Of a DNA stretch of 64,000 nt, positions 36,980 through 49,469 are shown piece by piece. The stretch is from Utricularia gibba. Lineage: Eukaryota > Plantae > Magnoliophyta. Where the stretch lies: the NCBI GenBank assembly GCA_002189035.1, contig NEEC01000021.1:496001-560000 (forward strand). The letters run 5' to 3'. A model generated the notes under the pieces. The model ran no database searches. It was not told the DNA's origin and saw only the letters and a program-made list of their open reading frames with translations. Made by a program: the position numbers and the translations under genes. The first letter of the stretch is position 1, and the number at the start of each line of letters is the position of its first letter.

Positions 36980-39189
36980 TTAAGCCACTTGAAAATGGTC
37001 TTGATTGATGATCGCTACTTTTTCTGGGAAAAGATCATCATTGTCTTTGAGTTTCCATATCTCTCCATTTGAAAGAACTCGCCAAGAGATCTGGGGGTGG
37101 AGAGCTGAACAATCTGCAGGAAATTAACTATAACTCGTGAGTCTTATAAACTATTAAACAAAAGGGCTGAGTGGTAGAGTACCGCCACAAAGCTTTTCAG
37201 GCTCCCTTGTACTGTGTAGAACCGTTGTTCCCGAGATAATAGTAATGAATCCACAGAGAGTAGAAACTATATCATTAGCACTCTGACCATACCAATCCTG
37301 ATATTGCAGTTAGAGCTTACAGTGTCACAACAGGAATGCAGACAAGTTCTAATGGGAGGAAGATATTAATTTCTCAGGTACCTTGAACATTATGGCACTT
37401 GCGAAAATCGTAAATGATGTGAACATGGCATAATATATGGGAGATACCAAAGCAGTGTTAAACACGTCAAGAGCCTGAAAGCCAGCCAATAGCATATGTA
37501 ATCTTCATAGATTTTGTGGCAAAAAATTATGCATTCTACAGGAGAAATAAAAAAAGACAGTAACATTTGGTTTTTAATATGCTGTATACTATGCTCCGCA
37601 GCGACAACATTTTATAAACATAAGTAAATAAAGAAAAGGAACTAGCCTTGTTCAAGTAGATCAACTGAGTTGTAACACAGCCAATAGCAATCAAAGCAAA
37701 GACCCAAGACTTGAGGTTGGCAACCTGGCTGTGACCCTCAATGGTTAGTTTTATTGCAATGCCAACTGCTTTGATGCTCATAACCTGCAATGAAAGAGAT
37801 AGATAAACAATGAGCAGTCAATTAGACAGAAATCCATTAAATAAAACTTGCATGTAAGCTCTATTATTTGTTTCCTTGGACATGACATAGTTTTGACAAA
37901 TTCAAAATGAATGGTTATATTTTCCTTTATTCGGACCCAAGATCTACCAAGCAGTGAACTTTTATGCGATTCACTGGAGCTTATTATGTATGAGGCACAA
38001 ACCATGGTTGGTTTCAAGATGCAAGAATTAGAAGGTGACCACTAGGGACATGAAAAAAGCACAAGGAAGGAGATTTTGTGTTTCGATATTGCATTTTTAC
38101 TCAATCTGAACCAGTTTCATGGAGATGCATGTTGATACAATCATATGCAGGAAGGTATCAAAACAAAAGCAGCAGTACTTACTGTTATGGATCCTATTAC
38201 AGCGCAAATACCAGTATATATGGCGATGTTTGTCTTCCATACCGTGACTCACAGCAAAAGATTAGCACCAAAACCACTACCACGACAGTAGCTGCATATG
38301 AAAGAAAAGCTGGAAAAAAAAATTATGAGAAATGCGATTACTGATTGTCCTCCTATGGTAAAACAAAAAAGATTAACCATCAATTTACCTGGCTGAGTGG
38401 CCAGTTTCCAAATTTCTTCCACTGAGACGATACTGTGTTCACCAGGTGCATGAAGCACAATGACTGTGGATCCCACAACACACAACACGCATCCTAATAT
38501 TCCTAATCTCCTCAACTTCTCTTGCAGCAAGAAATGAGCCAAGAAAGCACTGCAGATGCAACCATACGCTGTACAGTTCTTTACTTTACGTGATGAAAAT
38601 CCTTTATAAAACAGCATGAACTCCAAAGAGAGAATTTTACCTGACAATTATACTTAATGCACCAAGGGTGTTACGAGGACAGCAGGAGCGTACATGTAAG
38701 CAACGAAATTTGCAAATTCCCCAACGATCACTGGGAAAATTTGGAAGAAAAGTCTTCAATGTATGAAACTTAAGCAAAGTCAACTGACTGAAAATAAACA
38801 AAAAACAACTCACTGGCGGCCATTCCAATCCACCAAAGTGGCTGTAACAAGTACCCATATCCTCCTGAACCTGCCCTCAAAAAATACTAAATAAATTGAT
38901 GACGGCCCCAAGGTAAATATGAAAGCTTGTTCTAACAATTAGACAAAAACACCCACATCATGGCTACCAGTAAGAGTTGGATATACAAGTAAAAGATTCA
39001 TTTTTTTAAAAAAACTTACACATCCAAATCCAACAACAAACGAACAAAAAAGGATCGTGATTGCTTACCAGCACGAGTTCCGCTGGTCCCAGCCCTCATC
39101 AAACCCTTCTTCTTTATGATAAAACTCGACCCTATAAACGCGCTCGACGCTATGGCCAACAGAAGCCCGGTTAAGTTCTCCCTAAACAT
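36980..39189 (-). CDS. NIPA-family magnesium transporter, multi-exon; one GC-AG intron
   Basis: [88 protein letters not shown]|ALDVFNTA; TAA at 36980. Confidence 0.95.
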
Positions 39190-40913
39190 GGCCAAGCCCC
39201 AGAAAAATCTCAACACAAAAAAACAATCTTTAGCCCAGGGATTAAAGCTCTCTTCTACACCCCCATGTCGCTTCTTTACCCATCTCTTCTGAAAACAGCG
39301 CTGAAGTACTAGTCAAGTGTTGCCACTTCTGATTGCCTATGTCCCGTAGGTCGTTGAACAGATTTGCAGCCTACGCTTGGAGGGAACGGAAACACCTACC
39401 CCTTTCGATTTAGGATCCTACTGATTCTCCCAATGATCTTCGGACCTACGCCCACAATCATATGCTCGTGATTCGGTAAGACAGGGTAGATGTTCTTGCA
39501 ATTTTCAGACACCAATTCCGTGAATCCTTTTAAAACCTCCCAATGGAGTCTACTTTGTAATAAGCGACAAGTGGAAATTTTTGAAAATATTATACTCGGA
39601 AATTTTGTAATTTTTACTTTTATAAATTATAATATATTAAATCACCACCGTTTTTTTAAATAAAAACGGTATTATAATAATATATTTTTTAAATAATTTG
39701 TTAAATTGTATTATATATTTTATTAATGTGTTTTAAAATCGATCGCTTAACTAGCAAGTTAAATTGATTAACTCGTATTTAATATTTAATTTATTCCAAT
39801 TATTTAATTTATTTGATAAATAACCTAATAATGGCACGTGATTTGCATTTCTAATTCAAATTTCAGATTCAGTTTTTGCTATTTTAGTCATGTGTGGAAC
39901 TTATTGCTATACAGGTTTAATTTTTATCGATGGTATTCAACTTTTTTTAGTTTAATTTATTTCCATAATTGTTTTTGGTATTTATCGGTGTTTTAAATAA
40001 TAAAAAATAAGAGATTTTCAATTTTAGAAGTTTTACTGTAGTTTAAACTGTAATTGAATCGTTTATATTTTAAAAAAATGCCATTCATAAAAAAACATAA
40101 ATGATGATTAAAGCGTAATTCAAATGTGATTTGATCGTAATTTATTTTTTTATATTTTACAGGAATTTGAATATAATCCAACTTATATTATGAATGATTA
40201 ACATTGAAAACGATTTAATCGTTTTTTTAAACATTTTTATTTATTAAATCAGAATATTTGTTAATTTATATTAGAACACAAGTTAGTTAATTTTTGGGAA
40301 GATTACGTTAATAATCACTACTGTTACCTAAATCATATAATTGGTCTTTCAAAATAGTATTTTAATTCTCATTATTTCAAAATTATTTATAATTGATCCC
40401 TAGTATTTCCATCCTCAATTTAAACGGGAACCAATTTTACCAATGATGATCAAATATATTTGATTTTTAAATATTGGAGATCAATATCAAAAGTTAGGAA
40501 CTAAATATATCAAAAGGGATTAATTATGTCGTTTTCATTAAACATTGGAAATTAATCATACCAAATTTAAAAAGTGTGAAGATTTACACTGCCCATTTGA
40601 AAAATCCAATTTAAAACAGAGCTTTATTGCAACCATACTTCAAAAATTGCAATAATTACTATCAAATAAAATAATAAATTAAATGTGTTAAAAATTGAAA
40701 TATGTCCTCAGATACTATTAAGGGTATAGTGTGCAACACTTATTTTGTAAATTCTATTTAATTCATAAGTAAAAGTTATTGGATAAGTAGAATCAAAATA
40801 AGTAGTGGTGGTCTTTAAAACTTATTATTTATTTATAAAGAAACAAATGTATTTTGATTTTATTCATATTTGATTTATTGGAAAGAAAGACATTTGTTGG
40901 AATAAGTTGGTGA

Positions 40914-41321
40914 CTTATTTTGATAAGTAAGATAAATGTAACTGATTAAATAAGTTGAGTTTTAAGTAGAAATGTAAGCAAATTTAAAATAAGTATAAGT
41001 TAAGTATAAGTTTAAGTAAAAATTATAAATAAGTAAAAGTCAAATGGTTCTATAATAAATCATTTTAACTTCTACTTAAAATCATAAATTGAAAAATAAT
41101 TCGTGTACCTTAACTTAAGTATAATCTGCACGACTTATTTTTTAACTTATGATTTTAAGTAATACTTAAAATTATTTATTATAAAACCATTTGATTTTTA
41201 CTTATTTGTAATTTCTACTTAAATTTCTACTTAACTTTTACTTATTTTAAATTTGTCTACATTTCTACTTAAAACTCAACTTATTTTATAAGTTATATTT
41301 GCATTATTTATCAAAATAAAG
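40914..41321. repeat. Long fold-back inverted repeat (core arms 40948-41105 and 41129-41286, 23-nt spacer)
   Basis: Left arm AAATAAGTTGAGTTTTAAGTAGAAATGTAAGCAAATTTAAAATAAGTA... matches the reverse complement of the right arm over about 158 bp with scattered mismatches; weaker symmetry (TTATTTTGATAA) extends about 35 bp further out. Confidence 0.92.
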
Positions 41322-41352
41322 GGATTTTTACTTCAATTATACCTAAATTTTA

Positions 41353-42200
41353 GGCTAATTACACCAAATATATTCAAACTTTCATATTTACTCCAAATGT
41401 ACTTAAACATTCATTTTATTAACACAAAATGTGATTTTAACAGTTTTTTTTTAACATGTATTGCGTGTGTGAAAAAATGATTAAAAATAAAATAATTATA
41501 AATTTTAATATTTCATCATATATACCTAAACATTTGAAATATATTTCAAATTACTTAATGAAAATAAAATGTAATAATTTCTAAATTTGATATATGATCT
41601 AATTATGCATACATTTGTATATTTCTTATTAAATTAATTCATTATAAAAATAATAAATTTAAAATATTGAATATCTTTAATGATATTATTTATATATTAA
41701 AAAATAACAAAAAAATATAAATATTTTACCATTATTGCCAAATGAAGTAAAAATTATCAATAAAATATAGATATCAATAATTAAGCAAAACAAGTCAATC
41801 ATTGTCAATAAAATATTACCAATATAATTTATTTTCTATTTTTTTCTTCTTCAGTGTAATTCAAATGTCGATGTTGAATGCAATAATATCATCTTCGTTA
41901 TATATTTAAGGTTCTGAAAATTTTAGCAAGCAAAAATTTTTGGTTTGGGGGCATTTCGATACACATGCCCATAAATCACATTTTATATAAGGAAAATAAA
42001 TGTTTAAAAATATTTGGTGTAAATATAAAAATTCAAATATATTTGATATAAGTCATATAAAGTTTAGTTATATTTAAAGTAAAAATCATAAGTAAAAATT
42101 TCTGGTTTGGGGGCAAGTAAATGCACGCGCCCATAAATCACAATTTGTGTTAGGAAAATGTATGTTTAAATACATTTGAAGTAAATATATTTGATGTAAA
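41353..42200. mobile_element. Non-autonomous Mutator-like element with about 90-bp imperfect TIRs and a duplicated right end
   Basis: 41353-41446 (GGCTAATTACACCAAATATATTCAAAC...AAAATGTGATTT) is an imperfect inverted copy of 41973-42058 and of 42133-42200. The block TGGTTTGGGGGCA...GCCCATAAATCAC occurs twice (about 41941 and 42101). No TSD identified. Confidence 0.55.
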
Positions 42201-42620
42201 TAAATTAAAATTTAGATATATTTGAAGTAAAAAGTCTAAAAATAAATCATTAACTTATTACAACAAATGTTTTCGTTTTCAATATGTCAAATCTAAACAA
42301 AATCGAAATATATTTGTTTCTCCATAAATAAATAATAAGTTGCATAGATCACAAATACTTATTTGGATTCTATTTATCTAATAACTTTTACTTATGAATT
42401 AGATTAAATTTATGAAATAAGTGGTGTCACTATGAAGGCCCTCCTTACAAATCCATGGAGATTAGTCTCAGGGTAGAAATTTGGTGCAGCAAAAATGCTA
42501 ACGCACACCTTTTATAAACCCTAACGAAGACGACAGCTTAGTCAGCCGTTGGCAACAGACTGAACGCCGGTAAAAACGGGCAACGTCGTCGGAAATCATC
42601 GCCTCGCTCGGAGGCCGGCG

Positions 42621-44622
42621 ATGGGTACCATCACCGGCAAACAGCCTTCTGCCGCCGCAGAGTCCTGTTCAGACTCCGCCAAGCGGCAGAATCCATGGAA
42701 ATTTTCGTTTGACTCGACGATGCCAAGGGTTGCTGTCGCAGCGAATCAAGTTCAGTACTGTGCTGAAGCTCTAGAACGGTTAAGAAACAAACGGATCAAC
42801 TCCCCGGAGATCATCCGTCAAGAATTCCAGTCTTTGCAGGTGTGCAAGTTATTGCTGTGATCTGCGTTTCTCTGGTGTTTGGTTGCCGGGTGATGGAGTG
42901 CTAGACGTTGGTTGGAAAATTTCTGCGTTCTGTGTTGGGCGTATTTTTTCGTTGAATTATCAGATATCCCTGTTGATTCTTAAATTGTTTGAGATGAATT
43001 CTGACTTAACGGGGTGCCCTGGAGCCATTTTTGTGAGTTTTTTTCAGTAGGTTTCATCTAATTTTAGATGATCTGCAGGTGAGGAGAATGCGGGCTCTGG
43101 ACATGAGGAGTAGATGTACCGTTGGTCGCCACGACTCAAATGTACCCAAAAACCGTTATAGTGATGTGTTGCCATGTATGCAAGTTGAATATACACAAAA
43201 ATTTGGATAAACAGTCTGGTAGAATAACATGTCTTTGCAGTTGACGATAACAGGGTCATCCTGAAGCGTTGTTCTGATTACAGATCTTCAGCTCAGGGAT
43301 ACATAAATGCAAGTTTCATAAAGGTGCGTTTGTTCGCACTTCGTGTTGAGCTTGTGATCTCTTGTAATGTTAACAGTCGATCATTTTGCTTGGAGGTTTA
43401 GAGCTCCCATCAAAGAGTGGGAGGTCGTGAGTATAAGTTTCCCTTAATGTTCACGCGCTGCCTTGATATTTGTATGCTGAACCCTCTCGACTAAATGCAG
43501 ACCTCTGTAAGTGTTAATCGTTTCATTGCAACTCAAGGGCCCCTTTCACATACAATGGAAGACTTTTGGGAAATGGTACTTGAGTATCGATGCCCCGCCA
43601 TAGTTATGGTCACCAGTCTGGTTGACGGTTCCCGTGTAAGCATGTCCATATATTGTCCAATTTTATCGCTGTTAACTTACTTGGAATTCCCTTCTCAAGC
43701 GTTTTAATGTCATATGGTCTTCATTTGAGAATTTAATGTGCTTCCATGTCATGTCTACCTTTCCCAACGAACTCCAGACAGAGAAGTGTGTTGACTACTT
43801 TCAAGCAGAGAATGGGCCCCGGGAGTTTGGCAACATATCCATCAACACCAAGAAGATGCACGTGACAGCAAGCTCGTTGGTTTTGAGATGCTCAGAAGTG
43901 AACCACAAAGAGGTGAGCCCATGTGATGAAGTTCATGCCAACTGAGAACATTACAATCAACTTGGATTTTAATGCATTTGACATTTCTGTAGCTTATACT
44001 CGCAAATGCCTTCATGTAAATTAACAAAGCAAGATGGATTTACTCCATATAATTTTAACCAACGTCATGCTTCTCTCATGTGTAGTCAAAAGAGCCACCG
44101 TTGTCAGTTTTGCACATCCAGTACCCTGAGTGGCCTGACCATGGTGTTCCTAAGGATACTGTTGCAGTTCGAGAGATATTCAGATTCTTATCCGGCATCC
44201 CTCCTAATGACGGGCCAATCATCGTTCACTGCAGGTCTGTATTACGGTTGCTTAAATTTGGCTGAAATATTCTGCGATGTCCTCAAGTCCATATTCTCTA
44301 GCAGTGCAGGTATTGGTAGAACTGGGACATACTGTTTAATCCACAGCACCATCCAAAGAGTTCTTAATGGAGACATGGATGCATTGTATCTCTATAATAC
44401 AGTAGACAGCTTCAGGTCACAGAGAATAGGAATGGTGCAGACATTTGTATGTTCCCCAACTCTGATCATTTTTTAACCTCTCAAGAGCTGAATCATCCCT
44501 CATCCAAATCTCCATTCTGAATGTCATATGTTTCACAGGAGCAGTACCTCTTCTGCTATGACGCGATTATTGATGAACTTGAAGACATCATTTCATCAGC
44601 CAAGGCTGGCAGTAGCGCCTAA
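42621..44622 (+). CDS. PTP1: Classical protein-tyrosine phosphatase
   Basis: [46 protein letters not shown]-loop IVHC|SAGIGRTG across intron 44235-44304, [21 protein letters not shown]; TAA at 44622. Confidence 0.96.
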
Positions 44623-46181
44623 ACTCATGCTTTCGGATGGAAGCTTGTTAGCTTTGATTGCCATTCTGCAAACCTTTAACTGTGTGTTGATGCAACTCAA
44701 ACCGTTGAATGATCCAGCCAGCCTCTGGGTCTGGATCAGCAGCACAGAGAGACTCTAATATCAAAGCATCTGGATGTCTGATCGCCAAGTCATCCAGGTT
44801 CTTTCTTAAACTTTTTCCACCATAAAACATGAATGATAGACTGTGTTTCCCAAGATCATCATCAGTTGGCGCTGGTGAGATCTCCCTCCTCTCGCATCCT
44901 GTTACACAATGCCAAAGGATCAGAGATCACCAATTCATCAAGTAGGATCAGTTCAACACAATGGCAGTGTCTTTGGGATGGGTAGATGAAGAACTCCCCC
45001 ACACATATTTAGGATTTTTATTAACAACAAACATGACTCTTATTTGAAGTTAGAAATCAATAAAATAAGAAATTTCACAAAAGTATGTTTACATAAGAAC
45101 ACCAACATTTGTTTTTTGGAAGTCACTTTAGATTGTGTAAATCACTATTAAAGTACTTACAATTTATTATTTCTCTTTGTTCCAAGTTCCTAAAAAAGTG
45201 TTGAAATGATTATAGCAAATTTGAAGTTGTTTCTTCTAGAAAGACAAAAACACACAAGAAATCAACTCAGTGGGTTACTAGTTAGTACCAACTATCAAAA
45301 TTATGAAATTTGGGTGGTTTAAACATCATAAAACTACAATAAGTGAATGATGGATTACTTATTAAATGATGGAGGATGCTAGACTCTGAAATTTCTTCAT
45401 GAAAAAACATCATTATGGATCTAAATAGGGGTTACTACCATTTAAGACATATTTAAGAACATCACCATGGAGAAAAATATAAATGCTACAATGACATATC
45501 TTGCCTCAATTTGGGGATACAATTAATCTCATAACTGCTATAACCATCCAACATATTTGGAAAAATTGTAATCACGTAGCTATTTATTCTCAATTTATAT
45601 GATATTATCCATTTTAAACATTAAATTCTTATGATTTTATATTTTTATTTTTCGAAAAAAAACTCATGTAAAATTAAAAAAAATCTCTCTATATATACTA
45701 TTTCTTTATCCTAACCATATTCTTACATTTAACAGACTTCGGTTTCAACGAGGATGGCCCATTACTCTTGATGAAAGTGAATCTTTTCATAGACTCAGAA
45801 GAAATCGTCTAGTTACTCTTATTTGAGTAAACACAAATCTCTATCTCACTTACAAATTATCACCAGAAATAACTATTCATACTTTTTTCGGATGTGTGTG
45901 TATATGTGACAACAATGGGAAAAACTACATCTAGAAGTAAAGGTCGAGATAATTTGAAGTCTACAATCATATGACTCAAGAACCATCTTGCAACAACACA
46001 TACTCATTCTTGTGTATTGTTGTGGATACATTTTCATTTTGAGGTGGAGCTGGTGGTGGAGCCCCAATCCCAAATGCTGTAACTAAGACACAGAGCTTTT
46101 ATTTCCTGAGGAACAACAACACATGAAACTATTGCAACAAGTGAAGCCTGATGCATCATCATCATCATCATCATCCATCTC

Positions 46182-46892
46182 TCAGACGTTCAGTTTCCCC
46201 TGTGCGGAATGAAGCTGGAGTGTCTCACTGGGGACGACCTGAAGCACCCCTGGTTGTTCTGCCCCACCCCCAACAACCAAAACCACAAACAGATCAGAGT
46301 ACAGCCAGAGGATCACAAGGGCGCAAATGGTGGACAGAAAGAGTCATGGCAAAATTGGATGACAAACAGAGGGAAAGATTCACTGTGGAGCTACAAGAAG
46401 GAAGTCAATTTCTTCAAGGACTCACTTGATAGCTGAGAAACCTGTTCGGGAGTCAACTTAGCAGAGAACCCACTTGCCGCATGCTTGTAGCTGTACAACA
46501 GAGACTCCTTTGCAGCGGCCTCACTGAAAGCAAAAGGTCAAATTGAACTTTTTCCTCACTGCTCAAAAAAGTTTGAATTTTAATCGATCATGGGTTTAGG
46601 GAATCACACCCGCGTTCAAACCCTAGAAATTTGTAATCGCCCATCACGGTGGATCTCGGGAAGAGGAGAAAAAAGAGGGAGAAAATCGTAACCTTCCGAA
46701 GACGGAGGCGAGGGTCTTGATGTGATACGCTTCAGGCTCCTGACCTTCCGGCCTCTCGGTGTAGACTATGTGTACTTTTGCCTCAGAGAATGAAGAATCG
46801 GCGGCAGCCATTGATGATGATGCTACGAAGACGAGGAAGAAGATCGATAATAGCAGAAGCCGAGCGCCTGTGTATTTAAACATTTTCGACAT
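46182..46892 (-). CDS. Stand-alone peptidase inhibitor I9 (subtilase propeptide-like) secreted protein, 3 exons
   Basis: Signal-peptide-like RLLLLSIFFLVFVASSSMA, then KVHIVYTERPEGQEPEAYHIKTLASVFG|SEAAAKESLLYSYKHAASGFSAKLTPEQVSQLS|KQPGVLQVVPSETLQLH; stops at 46182 with no S8 protease domain. The start could be 46892 or 46883. Confidence 0.9.
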
Positions 46893-47054
46893 CGATGGCG
46901 TTTCTGTGATCCCCCTTTTTTCACATTGCTTTTGCTTAGGGGTGAAGGAACCCAAGGTGGACCCCACCTCTGTAATCCCCCCTCCACCAGTTGACTCTCC
47001 AGGAATCGGAATCTCATGAATCACCGGCCGGAATTCATGCCGCCGATTACTAAA

Positions 47055-48830
47055 GTGGCCTGAAAATGTAAGCTCAGACATACTCTCCCCACCTGTCTCT
47101 CATCACCCTCCACGCGCTCTACTCCTTGTTCACACATGCTGCTTTTTATCGTATAAGTAGAGCCTCCGTCGATTCGGAGAATGAGGGTGGGTATCCCTTA
47201 TCGGAGTACCACGGCCAACGCATATGCGTATGATTTGCCCAGGACTCTGCGGAATGGAACTGGTTTTCCGATCTTAATCGGACGGATCAGGACTGCGCCG
47301 ATTGCTGTGACTGGAGTTGAGAACCCTGATGAAGCTGCTCTCACGTGCCCTTCTTCTCTTCCTTGAGCCTTGTTGCTAATCCATTCGTCTGGAATCTGTC
47401 AATGTGTCTCCTGATAGACCTCTTCTACAATGACGAGCAGACACAGGTATCAAGTTTAACTCATCTTTCCTCTTCCAATTGAAGTTATTGCATTACCTTT
47501 CAAATTGCATAGGGACAAAGAGGATTGAGATGGTCTGTTTTTCAACTAACATTAACTGTAGTAGTTCTGTACACTAAATTTTACATCTTGAGATCTCTGC
47601 CATTGCTTCACTTTTCGATTCCTTCCTAGGTGTAGCAGCAATGTGCTCATGTTTTCTTCATTATTCAGGAGGATCTTCTCCTTCTCGAATGGTTAGAAAA
47701 GCAAGTGTACTGGAAGAAGATGGATGGTCGAGATCATGTTTTTATATCTCAGGACCCCAATGCTCTTTATAAGACACCTGATAGAGCAAAAAAATAAGCC
47801 ATTTTACTGGTTTCTGATGCTACACAGGATCAGCATGTACGAAGGGGGAACTAGATTTGAGAACCGCAACTCCCTCCTCTTCTTTATGGGTAACCCATAC
47901 AGGAAAGAGGTACCAATCGCCTGTTCTTTTCCAAGCAAGATGTGCATTTCATTCCAGGATTAGTTTCCCCACCACCCTGCTGACAGTGTATGCATTATGT
48001 TGGCTTTTTAGTTCGATTTATCTAGCAGAAATGTGGTAACACATGAACAGTTACTATTATCTGAAATTGTGCTTCTTATGCTTTTATATTGTTTATTCAT
48101 TGCGTGTTTTTCTTTAACTCGAACCAGACGGGTCCAAAGTATTTGGTGCAGTAATGTTGGCAAACTTCTCTTCTCTGTGCCTTCTCAAACACTCGTGTTA
48201 TTTTTTTCTGTAATTTGCAGGGCGGTAAGATTCGAGGTATGCTACTTCAAGTTCTTGAAAATGAACCAGATATCATAGTTAAGCATGAGGCACAGTCTCG
48301 AGAGAGGCATGGCAAAGCAACACAGGGTGGACTGTTCGTGGTTCTGTTTGCATCCAGTTGGAGATACTCCATCAGCTGTTCCTGTGGTCGAGAGTGATTT
48401 CATTGAGTTGCCTTTCGAAAATGTAACTGATCGCAAACAAACATCTTACCTTCTTTGACATGTAGAATGCCATGAGGATCTGGACACTTAGTGAATATTT
48501 TGAGCACTGCGAGCCCAAAGAAACTTTTGGAGCACCAGAAGGGACTAAAAGAGGTATATTACTTGCTTTCCTATCTGCATCAGCGATGCCCATGTTGCAA
48601 TTCCTGTTCTGAGAAGGTGATGATATTTCAATGGTAGCAGATTGGAATACATGCTACTACCTTTACAGTAGTTTCTGAGAAATCTCTTGTCCCTCGATGA
48701 ACAGAACGATGCTATATCTCAACAATGCTTCTGTCAATCTGCAAGTGAAGAGGTATTTCCAATACATGGACCCCAAAGTGGCCTTCAAAGAAATCTGGTG
48801 CCCCTTGATCGGATCTGTGCTCTAAGCCTC
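47055..48830 (+). pseudogene. Exostosin/GT47 glycosyltransferase pseudogene (ARAD1-like)
   Basis: Ordered motifs in shifting frames: AYAYDLPR, ENPDEA/VPFFSSLSLVANP, EWLEKQVYWKKMDGRDHVFISQDPNALY, AILLVSD, LLFFMGNPYRKE|GGKIRGMLLQVLENEPDIIVKH, FCLHPVGDTPSA, VPVVESDFIELPFE, VKRYFQY. At least three frameshifts, a deletion after GDTPSA, and an early TGA at 47061. Confidence 0.8.
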
Positions 48831-49469
48831 TAACCAAATAGAAAGTAGTCGCCACACTGAAATATTATAAGTGTTTGTATTCGTTTGTTCGATATAACAA
48901 TTCCATCTCTAACTAATCGAAAGTAAAGTTCCTACACCAATGAATGATTGTTTATATTCGTTCGTTCAATATAATAGTCCTAATTCTAACCGGAAGTAGT
49001 CGCCATATTGAAATAGTATGATCTCATGCAGCATACCACAAGGATCCACTTGAAGCAAGGTGTTGCAGTTACATCAGTTGAACAAAAAAGGGGAGGATCA
49101 TTTGCTGCCTACTAATGCTGGCGGTTTCCATTGTTGACATGAGGTTACTGTACAGTAACTTCGATAGGCTTAGAGGCTCGCCGAGGCCAGTTTTTACACA
49201 CTGCACATGGACAGCCGAATCCAGCGACTACATTATATACAAGACAGTCATATGTACAAAAGACACATAGACATCGTTCTGATACACCTTTTGGCTATCC
49301 CATTCATCAGAGGAGTTTCGCCAAATTCTACTGTATACACAAGTTGGATAAATGAAATCCGCGATGAACGAGGTCCTTTCCCACAAGCACATGGCAGACA
49401 ACATCAGGTTATGGCTTTCAAGTGGAACCAACTTCATCTGTGCAGATAATACTAGCAGAGGCTTACCTT

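Noticed and set aside
45250-46080. Possible LINE zinc-finger remnant and a GIGAPPPAPP peptide
   Set aside because: Similarity too faint to support without a profile search.
46151-46429. ORF beginning MHHHHHHH (His-tag-like)
   Set aside because: It is a (CAT)n microsatellite in the 3' UTR of the minus-strand I9 gene, and the rest is antisense to its exon 3; no vector sequence nearby.
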